The notes beneath the pieces are model-generated. The model did no database searches. It was given only the letters and a program-made list of their open reading frames with translations, and had not been told where the DNA came from. The position numbers and the translations under genes were made by a program. From the UHGV virus genome UHGV-0152919: a stretch of 39,527 bases of DNA; one strand, given 5' to 3'. Positions 29,205-39,264 of the stretch are shown here, in pieces (position 1 is the stretch's first letter; every line of letters begins with the position of its first letter). Source of the DNA: a virus.

Positions 29205-29232
29205 AAAGTCAACAAGTGACTTTCAATAAAAT
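29205..29232 (+). promoter_or_regulatory. candidate late promoter: palindrome AAAGTCAACAAGTGACTTT followed by TAAAAT -10
   Basis: 7-bp inverted arms aaagtca/tgacttt at 29205-29223; -10 at 29227-29232; 50 nt upstream of the capsid gene. Confidence 0.45.
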
Positions 29233-29283
29233 CTCTTCCGAAAAGGGATTCACACAAGTGCCTTGTGTTTAAGGAAGAGTAAA

Positions 29284-30990
29284 TTGAGTAACTTACGCGA
29301 ATACCAGAATCGTATTGCAGATATCGCAAAACGCTCTAAAGCTGTGCTTGGCTGGGCAAGCACTGCGCAGTTCGGTACTGATAACCAATTCATTAAAGAT
29401 GATGCCGCGCGTGCCGCATCTATCCTTGAAGCTGCACGTAAAGACCCAATTTTTGCGGGTATCTCTGATAATGCCACCGCTCAAATCGCTACAGCGTGGG
29501 CAAGTGCACTGGCTGACTACGCCGCAACACATAAATCTATGCCACGTCCGGAAATTCTGGCCTCCTGCCATCAGACGCTGGAAAACTGCCTGATTGAGTC
29601 CACCCGCAATAGCATGGACGCCACCAATAAAGCGATGCTGGAATCAGTCGCGGCAGAGATGATGAGTGTTTCTGACGGGGTTATGCGTCTGCCTTTATTC
29701 TTGGCGATGATCCTGCCTGTTCAGTTGGGGGCAGCTACCGCTGATGCGTGTACATTCATTCCGGTTACGCGTGACAAGTCCGAAATCTATGAAATCTTTA
29801 ACGTAGCGGGTTCTTCTTTTGGCTCCTATGCTATTGGTGATGTTCTGGACATGCAATCCGTTGGCGTGTACAGCCAGTTGCGCCGCCGCTATGTGCTGGT
29901 TGCAAGCTCCGACGGCACCAGCAAAACTGCAACCTTCAAGATGGAAGATGTCGAAGGTCAGAATGTCCCGATTCGCAAAGGTCGCACAAACATCTACGTT
30001 AACCGTATTAAGTCTGTTGTTGATAACGGCTCCGGTACTCTGCTTCACACATTCAATAACAAAGCAGGCGAACAAATCACTGTTACTTGCTCTTTGAATT
30101 ACAACGTTGGTCAGATTGCCCTGTCGTTCTCCAAAGCGCCGGATAAAGGCACTGAGATCGCCATTGAGGCGGAGATCAATATAGAAGCAGCTCCTGAGCT
30201 GATCCCACTTATCAACCACGAAATGAAGAGTTACACCCTGTTCCCAAACCAGTTCGTCATCGCGGCTGAGCACACGGTACAGGCGGCGTATGAAGCACAG
30301 CGTGAATTTGGTCTGGATCTTGGCTCCCTACAGTTCCGCACCCTGAAGGAATACCTATCCCATGAGCAAGATATGCTTCGTCTTCGTATCATGATTTGGC
30401 GAACTCTTGCGACCGACTCCTTTGATATTGCACTACCAGCTAACCAGACCTTTGATGTGTGGGCAACCATCATTCGAGGCAAATTCCAGACGGTATATCG
30501 CGGTATTATTGAGCGTGTTAAATCTTCTGGTGCGATGGGGATGTATGCCGGTGCTGATGCGGCATCTTTCTTCAAACAATTGCCGAAGGATTTCTTCCAG
30601 CCAGCAGAAGATTACATCCAGACCCCATACGTCCACTACATTGGCACTCTGTTCGGCAACGTCAAAGTGTTCGAAGTACCAGAAGGTATTTGTACGAACC
30701 TGACCGCCGACGGTATCCAGTTCAGCCCAATGGATGTGCTGTGCTACGTCCGTGATGAAAATCCGGGCAAAGCGGGCTTCGTAACTGGTGATGCAGTCCC
30801 GGCTGTCCCATTCCAGCATCCGACCACCCCGGCACTAGTCAACCGAACCACTCTGTGGGGTTCGGCTATCAACGATATGCATCCACGCAACGGTGCTGAC
30901 TACTTCACCCGTGTAACTCTGACTATGGCAAAAAATGGCGGAATTAACTTCCTGACCGGTAACACGATTGATGCTGGTGACTCTGAGTAA
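29284..30990 (+). CDS. putative major capsid protein precursor (P1 gp23-like); probable TTG start
   Basis: ~569 aa; AAGGAAG RBS 6 nt before TTG at 29284; first gene after the late promoter; position matches P1 gene 23 as I remember the map. Confidence 0.65.
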   Translation: MSNLREYQNRIADIAKRSKAVLGWASTAQFGTDNQFIKDDAARAASILEAARKDPIFAGISDNATAQIATAWASALADYAATHKSMPRPEILASCHQTLENCLIESTRNSMDATNKAMLESVAAEMMSVSDGVMRLPLFLAMILPVQLGAATADACTFIPVTRDKSEIYEIFNVAGSSFGSYAIGDVLDMQSVGVYSQLRRRYVLVASSDGTSKTATFKMEDVEGQNVPIRKGRTNIYVNRIKSVVDNGSGTLLHTFNNKAGEQITVTCSLNYNVGQIALSFSKAPDKGTEIAIEAEINIEAAPELIPLINHEMKSYTLFPNQFVIAAEHTVQAAYEAQREFGLDLGSLQFRTLKEYLSHEQDMLRLRIMIWRTLATDSFDIALPANQTFDVWATIIRGKFQTVYRGIIERVKSSGAMGMYAGADAASFFKQLPKDFFQPAEDYIQTPYVHYIGTLFGNVKVFEVPEGICTNLTADGIQFSPMDVLCYVRDENPGKAGFVTGDAVPAVPFQHPTTPALVNRTTLWGSAINDMHPRNGADYFTRVTLTMAKNGGINFLTGNTIDAGDSE

Positions 30991-31016
30991 TCAGGGGAAG
31001 CTCTCCGTTTAACATA

Positions 31017-31035
31017 GCGCCCCCGCGCGGGGCGC
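31017..31035 (+). other. GC-rich stem-loop (7-bp stem gcgcccc/ggggcgc) between capsid and sheath genes
   Basis: Perfect inverted repeat with no following T-run; candidate mRNA-stabilising or partial-termination hairpin. Confidence 0.4.
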
Positions 31036-31050
31036 ATAACAGGGAAAGTT

Positions 31051-32640
31051 ATGTCTCAATATTCAATTCAACAGTCATTAGGTAATGCATCCGGCGTCGC
31101 GGTTAGCCCGATCAATGCCGATGCGACGTTATCTACCGGTGTTGCATTAAATAGCAGCTTGTGGGCTGGTATTGGCGTATTTGCGCGTGGCAAGCCGTTT
31201 ACTGTTCTTGCGGTTACTGAGTCCAATTACGAAGATGTTCTTGGCGAACCGCTGAAGCCGTCTTCCGGCTCACAGTTTGAACCAATTCGCCATGTGTACG
31301 AAGCTATTCAGCAAACGTCTGGTTATGTTGTCCGTGCTGTTCCGGATGATGCGAAGTTCCCGATTATTATGTTCGATGAATCAGGCGAACCGGCTAACAG
31401 TGCGTTGCCATACGGTTCTGAAATTGAACTTGATAGCGGCGAAGCCTTTGCTATCTACGTTGATGATGGTGATCCGTGTATTTCACCTACCCGTGAGTTA
31501 ACCATCGAAACGGCAACAGCGGACAGCGCGGGTAATGAACGCTTCCTCTTAAAACTGACCCAGACGACTTCGCTCGGTGTGGTAACGACCCTGGAGACAC
31601 ACACTGTGTCTTTGGCGGAAGAAGCGAAAGATGACATGGGCCGCTTGTGTTATCTGCCTACGGCTCTGGAAGCCCGTTCTAAATATCTGCGTGCGGTTGT
31701 TAATGAAGAGCTGATTTCTACAGCGAAAGTAACAAATAAAAAATCGGTGGCATTCACTGGCGGTACCAATGGCGATCAGTCGAAAATCTCAACCGCTGCT
31801 TACCTGCGTGCGGTTAAAGTGCTGAATAATGCGCCGTACATGTACACCGCTGTTCTTGGCCTGGGCTGCTATGACAATGCGGCTATCACCGCATTAGGTA
31901 AAATCTGTGCAGATCGCCTGATTGATGGCTTCTTTGATGTCAAACCGACATTAAGGTACGCAGAAGCACTAACAGCTGTTGAGGGTACCGGTTTACTTGG
32001 TACCGATTATGTAAGCTGTTCTGTCTATCACTACCCGTTCTCCTGCAAAGACAAATGGACCCAATCCCGTGTGGTCTTCGGTCTGTCTGGCGCGGCGTAT
32101 GCGGCGAAAGCTCGTGGCGTCAAGAAAAACTCTGATGTCGGCGGTTGGCATTACTCACCGGCTGGTGAAGAACGTGCCGTCATTGCTCGTGCGTCAATTC
32201 AACCGCTGTATCCGGAAGATACCCCGGACGAAGAAGCAATGGTCAAGGGCCGTCTCAATAAAGTATCTGTTGGCACCTCTGGCCAGATGATCATCGACGA
32301 TGCTTTAACTTGCTGCACGCAGGATAACTATCTGCACTTCCAGCACGTCCCATCCCTGATGAATGCAATCAGTCGTTTCTTTGTCCAGTTAGCCCGACAG
32401 ATGAAGCATAGCCCGGACGGTATTACTGCGGCTGGCCTGACTAAAGGGATGACCAAACTTTTAGATCGCTTTGTCGCCTCCGGCGCTCTGGTGGCTCCTC
32501 GTGATCCCGATGCTGACGGTACAGAACCGTATGTGCTGAAAGTTACGCAGGCGGAATTCGATAAATGGGAAGTAGTCTGGGCCTGCTGCCCGACTGGCGT
32601 AGCCCGTCGTATCCAGGGCGTACCGCTGCTTATTAAGTAA
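31051..32640 (+). CDS. putative contractile tail sheath protein (P1 gp22-like)
   Basis: 529 aa; lies between the capsid gene and the tube-like genes; identification by size and synteny. Confidence 0.6.
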   Translation: MSQYSIQQSLGNASGVAVSPINADATLSTGVALNSSLWAGIGVFARGKPFTVLAVTESNYEDVLGEPLKPSSGSQFEPIRHVYEAIQQTSGYVVRAVPDDAKFPIIMFDESGEPANSALPYGSEIELDSGEAFAIYVDDGDPCISPTRELTIETATADSAGNERFLLKLTQTTSLGVVTTLETHTVSLAEEAKDDMGRLCYLPTALEARSKYLRAVVNEELISTAKVTNKKSVAFTGGTNGDQSKISTAAYLRAVKVLNNAPYMYTAVLGLGCYDNAAITALGKICADRLIDGFFDVKPTLRYAEALTAVEGTGLLGTDYVSCSVYHYPFSCKDKWTQSRVVFGLSGAAYAAKARGVKKNSDVGGWHYSPAGEERAVIARASIQPLYPEDTPDEEAMVKGRLNKVSVGTSGQMIIDDALTCCTQDNYLHFQHVPSLMNAISRFFVQLARQMKHSPDGITAAGLTKGMTKLLDRFVASGALVAPRDPDADGTEPYVLKVTQAEFDKWEVVWACCPTGVARRIQGVPLLIK

Positions 32641-32649
32641 GGGAATACA

Positions 32650-33465
32650 ATGAGCAAAAACTTTTTTCAATCCGGGGCATTTTTGGGGAATGGACTGTCC
32701 CGTTTCGCTTTGAACTCTGATCCTGTGCAGCTGATGGAGTCTGCCCGAGCAAGCGCCGAACCGCCAACAGATCCGGTTATTAATAATAATCCGGAACCGG
32801 CGGCACAGACTAACGATAACGTTCCATCTGCCCCGGCTCCAGAGCAAATCCTGGAAGGGAAAGACGGTAAAGAATGGACCGTCGAACAGGCGCACCAGAT
32901 GATTCTGGAAGCTGCAAATCGAAGTGCTATGCAGAATGCGTTGAGTGATGCGGCCGACGCCGTTTTCTCCTGGGCTGATAGCGGTGATCTGACTTTCGAC
33001 TCCCTTGATGGTTTCGTTCAGGCTATCGCTGGTATCTCTGATGACGACGACTCCGAAGTTACAGAAGAACAGGACGATGCCTATAACGAAGCATGGGCAA
33101 ATGTTGCTGACTTCCTCGCAGCATGCGGTGTAGATGATGACCTGATCGAAGCACTGGCTGACGATGAAGACGACGACGCTGCTGCTGATGTTGGTGCCTC
33201 TATCGCTGGTTTAGATAGCGACGACCGCGACGAACTGGAAGCGGCGTTTGTTGTTGCTGGCACTTCTGATGAAATGCTGACTGAAGCATTTAAGAAGGTT
33301 GTTCGTAACGGTGAGATCAAACTCATCCGTAAACGCCTGCGTAAAAAACGTCTGACTGCGGCTCAAAAATCGGCGCTGAAAAAAGCGCGTCGAAAAGCCC
33401 AGACCGGCGCGGCAAAACTTGCCCGCAAAAAGTCAATGAAACTGCGCCGTAAGCGCCTTGGCTAA
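32650..33465 (+). CDS. hypothetical virion protein with strongly acidic core and K/R-rich C-terminal tail (P1 gp21 position)
   Basis: Runs of D/E at residues ~120-200, then KRLRKKRLTAAQKSALKKARRKAQ... C-terminus. Confidence 0.55.
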   Translation: MSKNFFQSGAFLGNGLSRFALNSDPVQLMESARASAEPPTDPVINNNPEPAAQTNDNVPSAPAPEQILEGKDGKEWTVEQAHQMILEAANRSAMQNALSDAADAVFSWADSGDLTFDSLDGFVQAIAGISDDDDSEVTEEQDDAYNEAWANVADFLAACGVDDDLIEALADDEDDDAAADVGASIAGLDSDDRDELEAAFVVAGTSDEMLTEAFKKVVRNGEIKLIRKRLRKKRLTAAQKSALKKARRKAQTGAAKLARKKSMKLRRKRLG

Positions 33466-33500
33466 AGGAGGAGGCCGGAGAACTCCGGCCTTTAACTTGA

Positions 33501-34082
33501 ATGGCACCTATACCTTATGGGGTTTACAGCCAGGCTGACGGTGTATCGCCATTTCTGAAAGTTACTTTAACGAACTCTCAGTACCAGGTTACCGGATATA
33601 TCAGCCAGGGAGCGGCAATGAACATGGCCCAGAATTGGGAAGCGCCGTTTACCGGTATGTCCATGGGATCTGTTTCTGGTGCTCTGGGTGGTTTTGTGCA
33701 AGTAGGTACTGAAACAACGTCGGTTGCCCGTTGGAATAGCTTAATGGTTTGGGAAGGGGGGACTCCGCCGACGTTCACGCTGCCTGTAACTTTCATTGCT
33801 TTGAACAATCCATTCATTGAAGTTTCAGGCGCTATCGCCGCGTTGACAGCCATGATTAGCCCGGAACTAAAAGCGGCCAATGTTGGTGGTCGAATCCCGG
33901 AGCGCGTGACGCTAAACATTGGTCGCCGGATCAACATCACCGATGTCGCCATCCAGGACTTAAGTTTTGATCTCGATGCGCCAAGGGACAGTAATGGATA
34001 TTTCCTGAAAAACACCGTCAACCTCCAGTTGACCGGTTCTTCGATATATAACAGCTCCGATATTGTTCGGGCGTTCCAGTAA
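33501..34082 (+). CDS. putative tail tube-family or tail assembly protein (193 aa)
   Basis: ORF track; preceded by a stem-loop plus RBS; adjacent to the tube gene. Confidence 0.5.
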   Translation: MAPIPYGVYSQADGVSPFLKVTLTNSQYQVTGYISQGAAMNMAQNWEAPFTGMSMGSVSGALGGFVQVGTETTSVARWNSLMVWEGGTPPTFTLPVTFIALNNPFIEVSGAIAALTAMISPELKAANVGGRIPERVTLNIGRRINITDVAIQDLSFDLDAPRDSNGYFLKNTVNLQLTGSSIYNSSDIVRAFQ

Positions 34083-34093
34083 AAGGATTTTAT

Positions 34094-34603
34094 ATGGGGC
34101 ACAATAACACTAAGGGAAACCGTAAATTTATTAAGGGCCGCTATACTGCCAACGCGGCCAAAGGCGAACGACTGGTATCTTCTGAATTCCAGCTCACTTT
34201 TGCAGGCCATGAAGATATCAGCGTACTGGTTCGCACGTCGCAAATCCCTGAAATGACACGCGAGGATGTGGAGGACTATGGTCCGAATGGTGTGAAGTTC
34301 AACCAGCATGGACCAATTCGAAACTCTGGGGAAATCCAGGTCCAGTGCGTGGAGACTATCGAAGGCGATATTCTTCAGTTCATCAAGGATCGCATTGCGG
34401 CGAAGGACTATGTTGATATCACGATGGCTGCTACCCCTGAATCCAAATCTTCCGGGGTTAACGCTGTGACAAAAGCTGCTACAACAATTGAAATGTTGGA
34501 CTGCAAAATCTACAGTGATGCAATCGACTTTAGTACCGAAGATGTGACTGCCGCTGTGCGCCCGTCACTTCGTATCGTCTACAACTGGATTGAGTGGGAT
34601 TAA
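34094..34603 (+). CDS. tub: tail tube protein (T4 gp19-like)
   Basis: 169 aa; FQLTFAG near N-terminus and C-terminal YNWIEWD resemble T4 gp19 (from memory); symbol by analogy to P1 tub. Confidence 0.6.
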   Translation: MGHNNTKGNRKFIKGRYTANAAKGERLVSSEFQLTFAGHEDISVLVRTSQIPEMTREDVEDYGPNGVKFNQHGPIRNSGEIQVQCVETIEGDILQFIKDRIAAKDYVDITMAATPESKSSGVNAVTKAATTIEMLDCKIYSDAIDFSTEDVTAAVRPSLRIVYNWIEWD

Positions 34604-34623
34604 GAGTCATCCCTTGTATTTTA

Positions 34624-34647
34624 AAGCTCCTTCGGGAGCTTTTTTTA
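34624..34647 (+). terminator. rho-independent terminator after the tail tube gene
   Basis: agctcc-ttcg-ggagct hairpin followed by ttttttt. Confidence 0.75.
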
Positions 34648-34774
34648 TAACTATTTTATATAAGAATGCATCGATAACATTGTCTTGAGTTTTATGTTAG
34701 ATTATTAATGTTCTAATAAACTACAATTATTGAGGTAGATGTTTGTGCCTGTACTGTTAAAGGGGGACTCTAAA

Positions 34775-35371
34775 ATGGCTGTGATTCCAATGTCGTACTC
34801 CCCGGGTACTGTCGCTCGTCGATTTTCGATCCTGGACGGAGTTACCATCCAGGGTGTGCTTTACCAGGTTATATGGGATTCCAAAACCCCATTTGCAGCT
34901 GTAATAGAGGCTGCGCCTTCTGTTATCGATGGTGATATGCGCCATAAGGTTGTCGCTACTCTTGAACTTCAACGTCGCCCGCAGCTTGAAGGCGTACTGG
35001 TAAGGAAGTTCTGGGAGGATAGCGATGTTGCCCAGATTGAAGGTATCGTGGTTGATGGAACCGTCCGGGATGTCGGTTTAGCTACTTTTGTTTACGAAAC
35101 CGTAGCCTCAAAAGCTGGTGTTGTTTTGCTCAGTGATAATGAGCAATACGAAGGTGGAAAAGCTCTTTGGCAACACATCGCCCGTCGCTCTTCCGAGCTA
35201 AAAGTGTTTATCCTCGACACCGATGCCGCTCAGTATTACCCGTTTGACGGCGAACGTGTTTGCTATGACGGGGTAAGTATTCCTGAATCCGAGATATGGA
35301 GTGAACACCCAGATCGAAGTAAGCATGGGGTTGTTCTGGTCGCTGAATCCATAATTGGAAAGGCGGCATAG
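34775..35371 (+). CDS. hypothetical protein (~199 aa)
   Basis: ATG at 34775 preceded by AGGGGGA; ORF track frame 34739-35371; degenerate operator-like motif aatgttctaataaacta at 34707-34723 upstream. Confidence 0.5.
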   Translation: MAVIPMSYSPGTVARRFSILDGVTIQGVLYQVIWDSKTPFAAVIEAAPSVIDGDMRHKVVATLELQRRPQLEGVLVRKFWEDSDVAQIEGIVVDGTVRDVGLATFVYETVASKAGVVLLSDNEQYEGGKALWQHIARRSSELKVFILDTDAAQYYPFDGERVCYDGVSIPESEIWSEHPDRSKHGVVLVAESIIGKAA

Positions 35372-35553
35372 CAGTAAAAAATTCCTTGCTCCTAAAAAGG
35401 GGAGAGGGCTAATCTACGTATGCTAAGCATAGATATGGCCTCAGATTAATGTTAAGCGTCTTGCAGGACGCGTAATGTTATCTGGGGCTTTCTTCTATCT
35501 GCTTGTCGGGTAATGCCTGAAGCAGATAGCCTCAAGCACCCGCAGCGATTGTA

Positions 35554-35799
35554 TCAATGTCTGGCTTTTTTTCTATAGAAATCACCTGGAAGGGTGAATA
35601 TCCACATCAGAAGAAATGTTGCAGCAAACATGATCCCTAATGGCCAGACCGCGCCAAAGAAAATCCATACTAAGATCTCCTCTGCTCGTTCTTTGCGGTC
35701 GATATCGACAAGCATTTTTCGGCTGATCATGTATACACAGAAGCCAATACAAACATATCCTGCAAAAGCGATCGCTAACTGTAAAAAATCAGATTGCAT
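35554..35799 (-). CDS. small membrane protein (~81 aa, two predicted TM helices)
   Basis: Internal ATG at 35799 with GAGG RBS; hydrophobic segments IAFAGYVCIGFCVYMI and ILVWIFFGAVWPLGIMFAATFLLMWIF. Confidence 0.45.
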   Translation of the reverse strand: MQSDFLQLAIAFAGYVCIGFCVYMISRKMLVDIDRKERAEEILVWIFFGAVWPLGIMFAATFLLMWIFTLPGDFYRKKARH

Positions 35800-35829
35800 C
35801 TCCGACCTCAAACTGAAAACGCCAGGTGA

Positions 35830-35846
35830 CTCCAGATTAGAGCAAT
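35830..35846 (-). promoter_or_regulatory. partial C1 operator-like motif (attgctctaat core only)
   Basis: Plus strand ctccagattagagcaat; 11/17 match concentrated in the conserved half. Confidence 0.3.
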
Positions 35847-35849
35847 CTA

Positions 35850-36695
35850 TCACCCTCTGAATCCTGCCGGTATACCCCATTTTTCGTTATCTTTATTTTT
35901 GGCTAAAACCGCATTAAGAGCTTCGTTTACCGTCATGCAATGCGGCAAATTATCGAAGTTTGATACCCCGCCAATATCAGGAGAACGCTTGTTCTTCAGG
36001 TAAGCATATTTCCGCGCTGCCGCCTCTACTTTCTGCTTGAACTCATGTTTTTGTGCGCGTTTTTTGGATAACCGCAGATTGTCAGCCTTTGCTTTTGTCT
36101 CAGCGATCCATGAAGTCAATTTTTTGAGTCTGCTCGTTCCGGCACCGCCGGAAACTGATCTTTTTGTTTTTTTAACTTGTGACTTCTTATTCTTTATTGC
36201 CACGTCATCCTGACAGGGGGAGGGGGTATCATTTTGACATGGGGGTGTGGATAAAAAATTAAATAAAGCCAATGTCTTAGCGAGAACAGCTTTAACCTTG
36301 GTTGCCGCTGAAGAGATCTTTAATTTGCTTTCAATCAGCGCATTTTTGGCTTGTTGTGCGAAGGCCAAAAAGGATGGTGTAAACCGGTACAGGTTAGCGC
36401 GACGTTCACGGTGATCGCCGATAACAATCTCTACAGACAGGATTCCTTTGTTTACAGCTTCACGGAATGCACGAACGACGGTTGATTGGCTATAACCAGT
36501 TTCTGCCGCGATCAGGCGGTGAGGCTTGTGAATGAAGTATTCACTGGTTGTTGCCGCGAGATTTGCACATTGCGACAGGATATGCCCGGCGCTACGGGAT
36601 AGACCGGAGTGTGTTACAAAGCAGGCCAATTCATAGCCAGAAAAAGTAAAATCGCTCATCGTTATACAGCTCAGGAAAGTGACTTTAGCCAGCAT
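35850..36695 (-). CDS. repL: lytic replication initiator RepL
   Basis: 281 aa; N-terminal winged-helix-like region and K-rich C-terminus; immediately downstream of kilA as in P1. Confidence 0.8.
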   Translation of the reverse strand: MLAKVTFLSCITMSDFTFSGYELACFVTHSGLSRSAGHILSQCANLAATTSEYFIHKPHRLIAAETGYSQSTVVRAFREAVNKGILSVEIVIGDHRERRANLYRFTPSFLAFAQQAKNALIESKLKISSAATKVKAVLAKTLALFNFLSTPPCQNDTPSPCQDDVAIKNKKSQVKKTKRSVSGGAGTSRLKKLTSWIAETKAKADNLRLSKKRAQKHEFKQKVEAAARKYAYLKNKRSPDIGGVSNFDNLPHCMTVNEALNAVLAKNKDNEKWGIPAGFRG

Positions 36696-36724
36696 TACAA
36701 TGCTGGTGGTTCTTACTACGTCTG

Positions 36725-37525
36725 TTAGCGCGTTGCCGCGACAGGTACCAGCACACCAGCATCAAGCAATCGCTTCATCAGCCACTGCTGACCTTTGCCG
36801 GTTATACGAGTCGTGAAAGAAATCCTGCTTCCATTGCTTGTATCGATCACGGTTTCTTTAAGGGTGAAATACCCACGGGATATGTATTCTTGTTTGGGGA
36901 CGTTCCTGCGTTCACCGGTTGCGATCAGAATTCCGTTATCACGCAACCAGGTGAAGAGATAGTTTTGGCCCAGGCCGAGCACTTTGGCATAGTTGCCGAT
37001 TAGAACCCCGCTGGCGGTAGCAACGCGTTCAGCGAATTCGACTTTAGGTGCATCCATAAGCATTTTTTGCTCCAGCCGTTGCTTTTGCTCTGCCAGGTCG
37101 GCAGCCAAACGGAGAGCTTCAGGGAGACTCTGCGGAATAGCAGGTTGTAATCTTCCGGTTCGATAGTCGATAAATGTCTGGTTTACCTTCAGCCGAAACG
37201 CGGGAGAAATCCAGCCTGCGTACTCCACAGCGAGCAATTCATGGGCAAAAGTGCCGCCGCCACGGCCTTCGAACGAAACTATGCAATTCTGCATAGTTTC
37301 TTTTTCAAGCTCTTCGATGAGCTGTTTAGCTGACAGCGTTCTTAGCCATTGAGCTGGCGCTTTATGGGCACCGAGTCCGCTCGCTCTGTGTAGAGCATTA
37401 AGGTTGTAACGGCCAGCGCGGTCGGTCGTAATTTCAACACCACAAATAACGGGCAGAGTGGTTGAAGGATCGACATTTTGATGAAGGTTTGATATATTCA
37501 TATCCGCATTGAATGTTTGTTGCAT
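36725..37525 (-). CDS. kilA: KilA (KilA-N domain plus antirepressor-like C-terminal domain)
   Basis: 266 aa; the KilA-N fold is named after this P1 protein; C-terminal half is a paralog of the Ant C-terminus (shared LPEALRLAA..LAEQK..LEQ motif). Confidence 0.8.
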   Translation of the reverse strand: MQQTFNADMNISNLHQNVDPSTTLPVICGVEITTDRAGRYNLNALHRASGLGAHKAPAQWLRTLSAKQLIEELEKETMQNCIVSFEGRGGGTFAHELLAVEYAGWISPAFRLKVNQTFIDYRTGRLQPAIPQSLPEALRLAADLAEQKQRLEQKMLMDAPKVEFAERVATASGVLIGNYAKVLGLGQNYLFTWLRDNGILIATGERRNVPKQEYISRGYFTLKETVIDTSNGSRISFTTRITGKGQQWLMKRLLDAGVLVPVAATR

Positions 37526-37594
37526 TTTTTCTCCAAATTTGCATCAACCTTCAATCACCAGCTCGAAATGGTGATTCTTTGCACTTAGAAAACG

Positions 37595-37611
37595 AAATTT
37601 ATTAGAGCAAA
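37595..37611 (-). promoter_or_regulatory. C1 operator-like site (16/17) upstream of kilA-repL (Op53-like)
   Basis: Plus strand aaatttattagagcaaa in the ant-kilA intergenic region. Confidence 0.65.
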
Positions 37612-37689
37612 TTTTTCTGGCTCGATCCAGATCGGGTTGGACGATCTGCTCAGAAACCTGCCAGTTTGCTGGCAGGTTTTTTTCTTTTG

Positions 37690-38733
37690 TTAACCTATTG
37701 CTACTGGTTTTAACAAACCAGCATCAAGTAGCTTGCGAGTTAACCACTGCTGGCCTTTACCCGTTAATTGGGGCGTCAGCCGTATCTGGTAGCCATTTTC
37801 ATCATCCAGCACCACTTCTTTCACCGTGAAATACCCGGCGTTAATGTACTGCTGGCGCGGTACGTTTTTGCGCGCACCAAAAGCCATGAGAATGCCGTTC
37901 TGGCGCAACCATGAGAAAAGGGCGTTTTGCTTAAGTCCAACGACCTTTGCAAAGTTCCCGATCAGGATTCCATTAGCCACTGATACCCGGTCGGCAAAAT
38001 CGACTTTAGGGGCTGCGGCCACCAGCTGTTGTTCCAGCTGCATTTTCTGTTCTGCCAACTCGGCAGCCAGGCGTAGAGCTTCTGGTAATGTTTGGGGGAT
38101 CGATGGGGCAGGGGAGTTTGCCTGCTGCAATTCTTCCAGTTTGTCGATCAGCGAACGGCGGACCGCTTTTGACTCGCGCGCGGCGACTCGCAGGGCTTGT
38201 TTGTAGGTCATGGTGATGACCTCAAAAGAGCGCCCAGCCCTTGTGCCATGGGATTTTGCACTTTTTGTGTAAAATTCACCTTCAAGTTCATCGAGTATTT
38301 TTTCGATGAATTTATTGTTTCTAACCTCTGGTTCTCCACATAACTTGCGTGCCTCATTGACCATCTTCAACAATGTTTGGCTGTCGATTGTGTCTCCGGT
38401 GTTGGGGATGATATTCACGGCTGGTGCTGGCGTAGCTGACGTAACAGGTGCTGTTTTTTCAACATTCAAATTATTACCGGTCATTCTATGTGCCTCCTTT
38501 CTTATTTCTGCTGCCACTGTTGCGTAACGTAGACGTCCTTGTTCAATCAAATAATCCCTGATCTCGGCTATCAGTAGCCTGTTGATCACAGCCTTATCTG
38601 TTCGGGTATAAAAACGCCTGGTTATCATGAAATAGTTAGCAATTGCGCCGGGGATCTCCCGTGTCGGCATACAGGCAGTATGCAAAGCGATCGCTTCGGC
38701 TATTTCATTACGGGTGACGAGAGGTTTTTTCAT
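37690..38733 (-). CDS. ant1: antirepressor Ant (Ant1; an in-frame internal start would give Ant2)
   Basis: 347 aa; Ant/KilA-type C-terminal domain; ATG overlaps the icd stop (ATGA). Confidence 0.85.
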   Translation of the reverse strand: MKKPLVTRNEIAEAIALHTACMPTREIPGAIANYFMITRRFYTRTDKAVINRLLIAEIRDYLIEQGRLRYATVAAEIRKEAHRMTGNNLNVEKTAPVTSATPAPAVNIIPNTGDTIDSQTLLKMVNEARKLCGEPEVRNNKFIEKILDELEGEFYTKSAKSHGTRAGRSFEVITMTYKQALRVAARESKAVRRSLIDKLEELQQANSPAPSIPQTLPEALRLAAELAEQKMQLEQQLVAAAPKVDFADRVSVANGILIGNFAKVVGLKQNALFSWLRQNGILMAFGARKNVPRQQYINAGYFTVKEVVLDDENGYQIRLTPQLTGKGQQWLTRKLLDAGLLKPVAIG

Positions 38734-38951
38734 AAACCCCCCTGAACGTCGGCAGAGAAGGGGAGGTTCCAGTAACTAAGTGAATTGCGCGAGTTAGTAG
38801 AAAAACGGGCAGTAAAAATGCAGGGGCCATCAGGCAATTGAGAGCGTGCTTCGTCTTCAGTTGCTGCGATAACGAAGTGATAGTGGTGTTTTTTACAGGA
38901 ATAGAAACGCCAGATGAATTCTGGGCGTGTGCAAGGATTGGCATTAACCAT
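38730..38951 (-). CDS. icd: Icd-like small protein (73 aa), translationally coupled to ant
   Basis: 73-aa ORF ending in ATGA overlap with ant; TGAGG RBS; position between the c4 leader and ant. Confidence 0.7.
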   Translation of the reverse strand: MVNANPCTRPEFIWRFYSCKKHHYHFVIAATEDEARSQLPDGPCIFTARFSTNSRNSLSYWNLPFSADVQGGL

Positions 38952-39264
38952 AGTTACGGCCTCACTAACAGGTTTAACAACCTGCTACCCGCTGTCAAAC
39001 AGGTGGCAGGACGTGACAGGGTTGACAGACTGGCGTTAGTGAAACCAGCAGGCCGAAGCCTCCCCATCACGCCCCACCATAATTCGGGCGTAACGCGGTT
39101 TACGGACACAAAAATACCGCAATATCGGAAATCTGCGGTTGTCCGCACTAACATTCAGGCTGTCAAACCCGGTCGCAGAATTTGCTACGACGGTGGAACT
39201 ATAAGCCTGAACGATTAAAAGGTCAATATGATGCGAAAAGATAGCATTCGCGACTTAAAAATAC
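38952..39264 (-). ncRNA. immI leader expected to contain the c4 antisense RNA and its target repeats (exact RNA ends not determined)
   Basis: Non-coding stretch between the Op51-like operator and icd, with repeated TTGACAG/CTGTCAA segments capable of pairing; assignment from knowledge of P1 immI. Confidence 0.35.

Noticed and set aside
29695-30819. Minus-strand ORFs of 192, 114 and 128 aa
   Set aside because: They are antisense within the putative major capsid gene, which is continuous and preceded by a late promoter and RBS.
33578-34309. 243-aa minus-strand ORF
   Set aside because: Antisense to the two co-directional tail tube-family genes, spanning their junction; no RBS; most likely a chance open frame.
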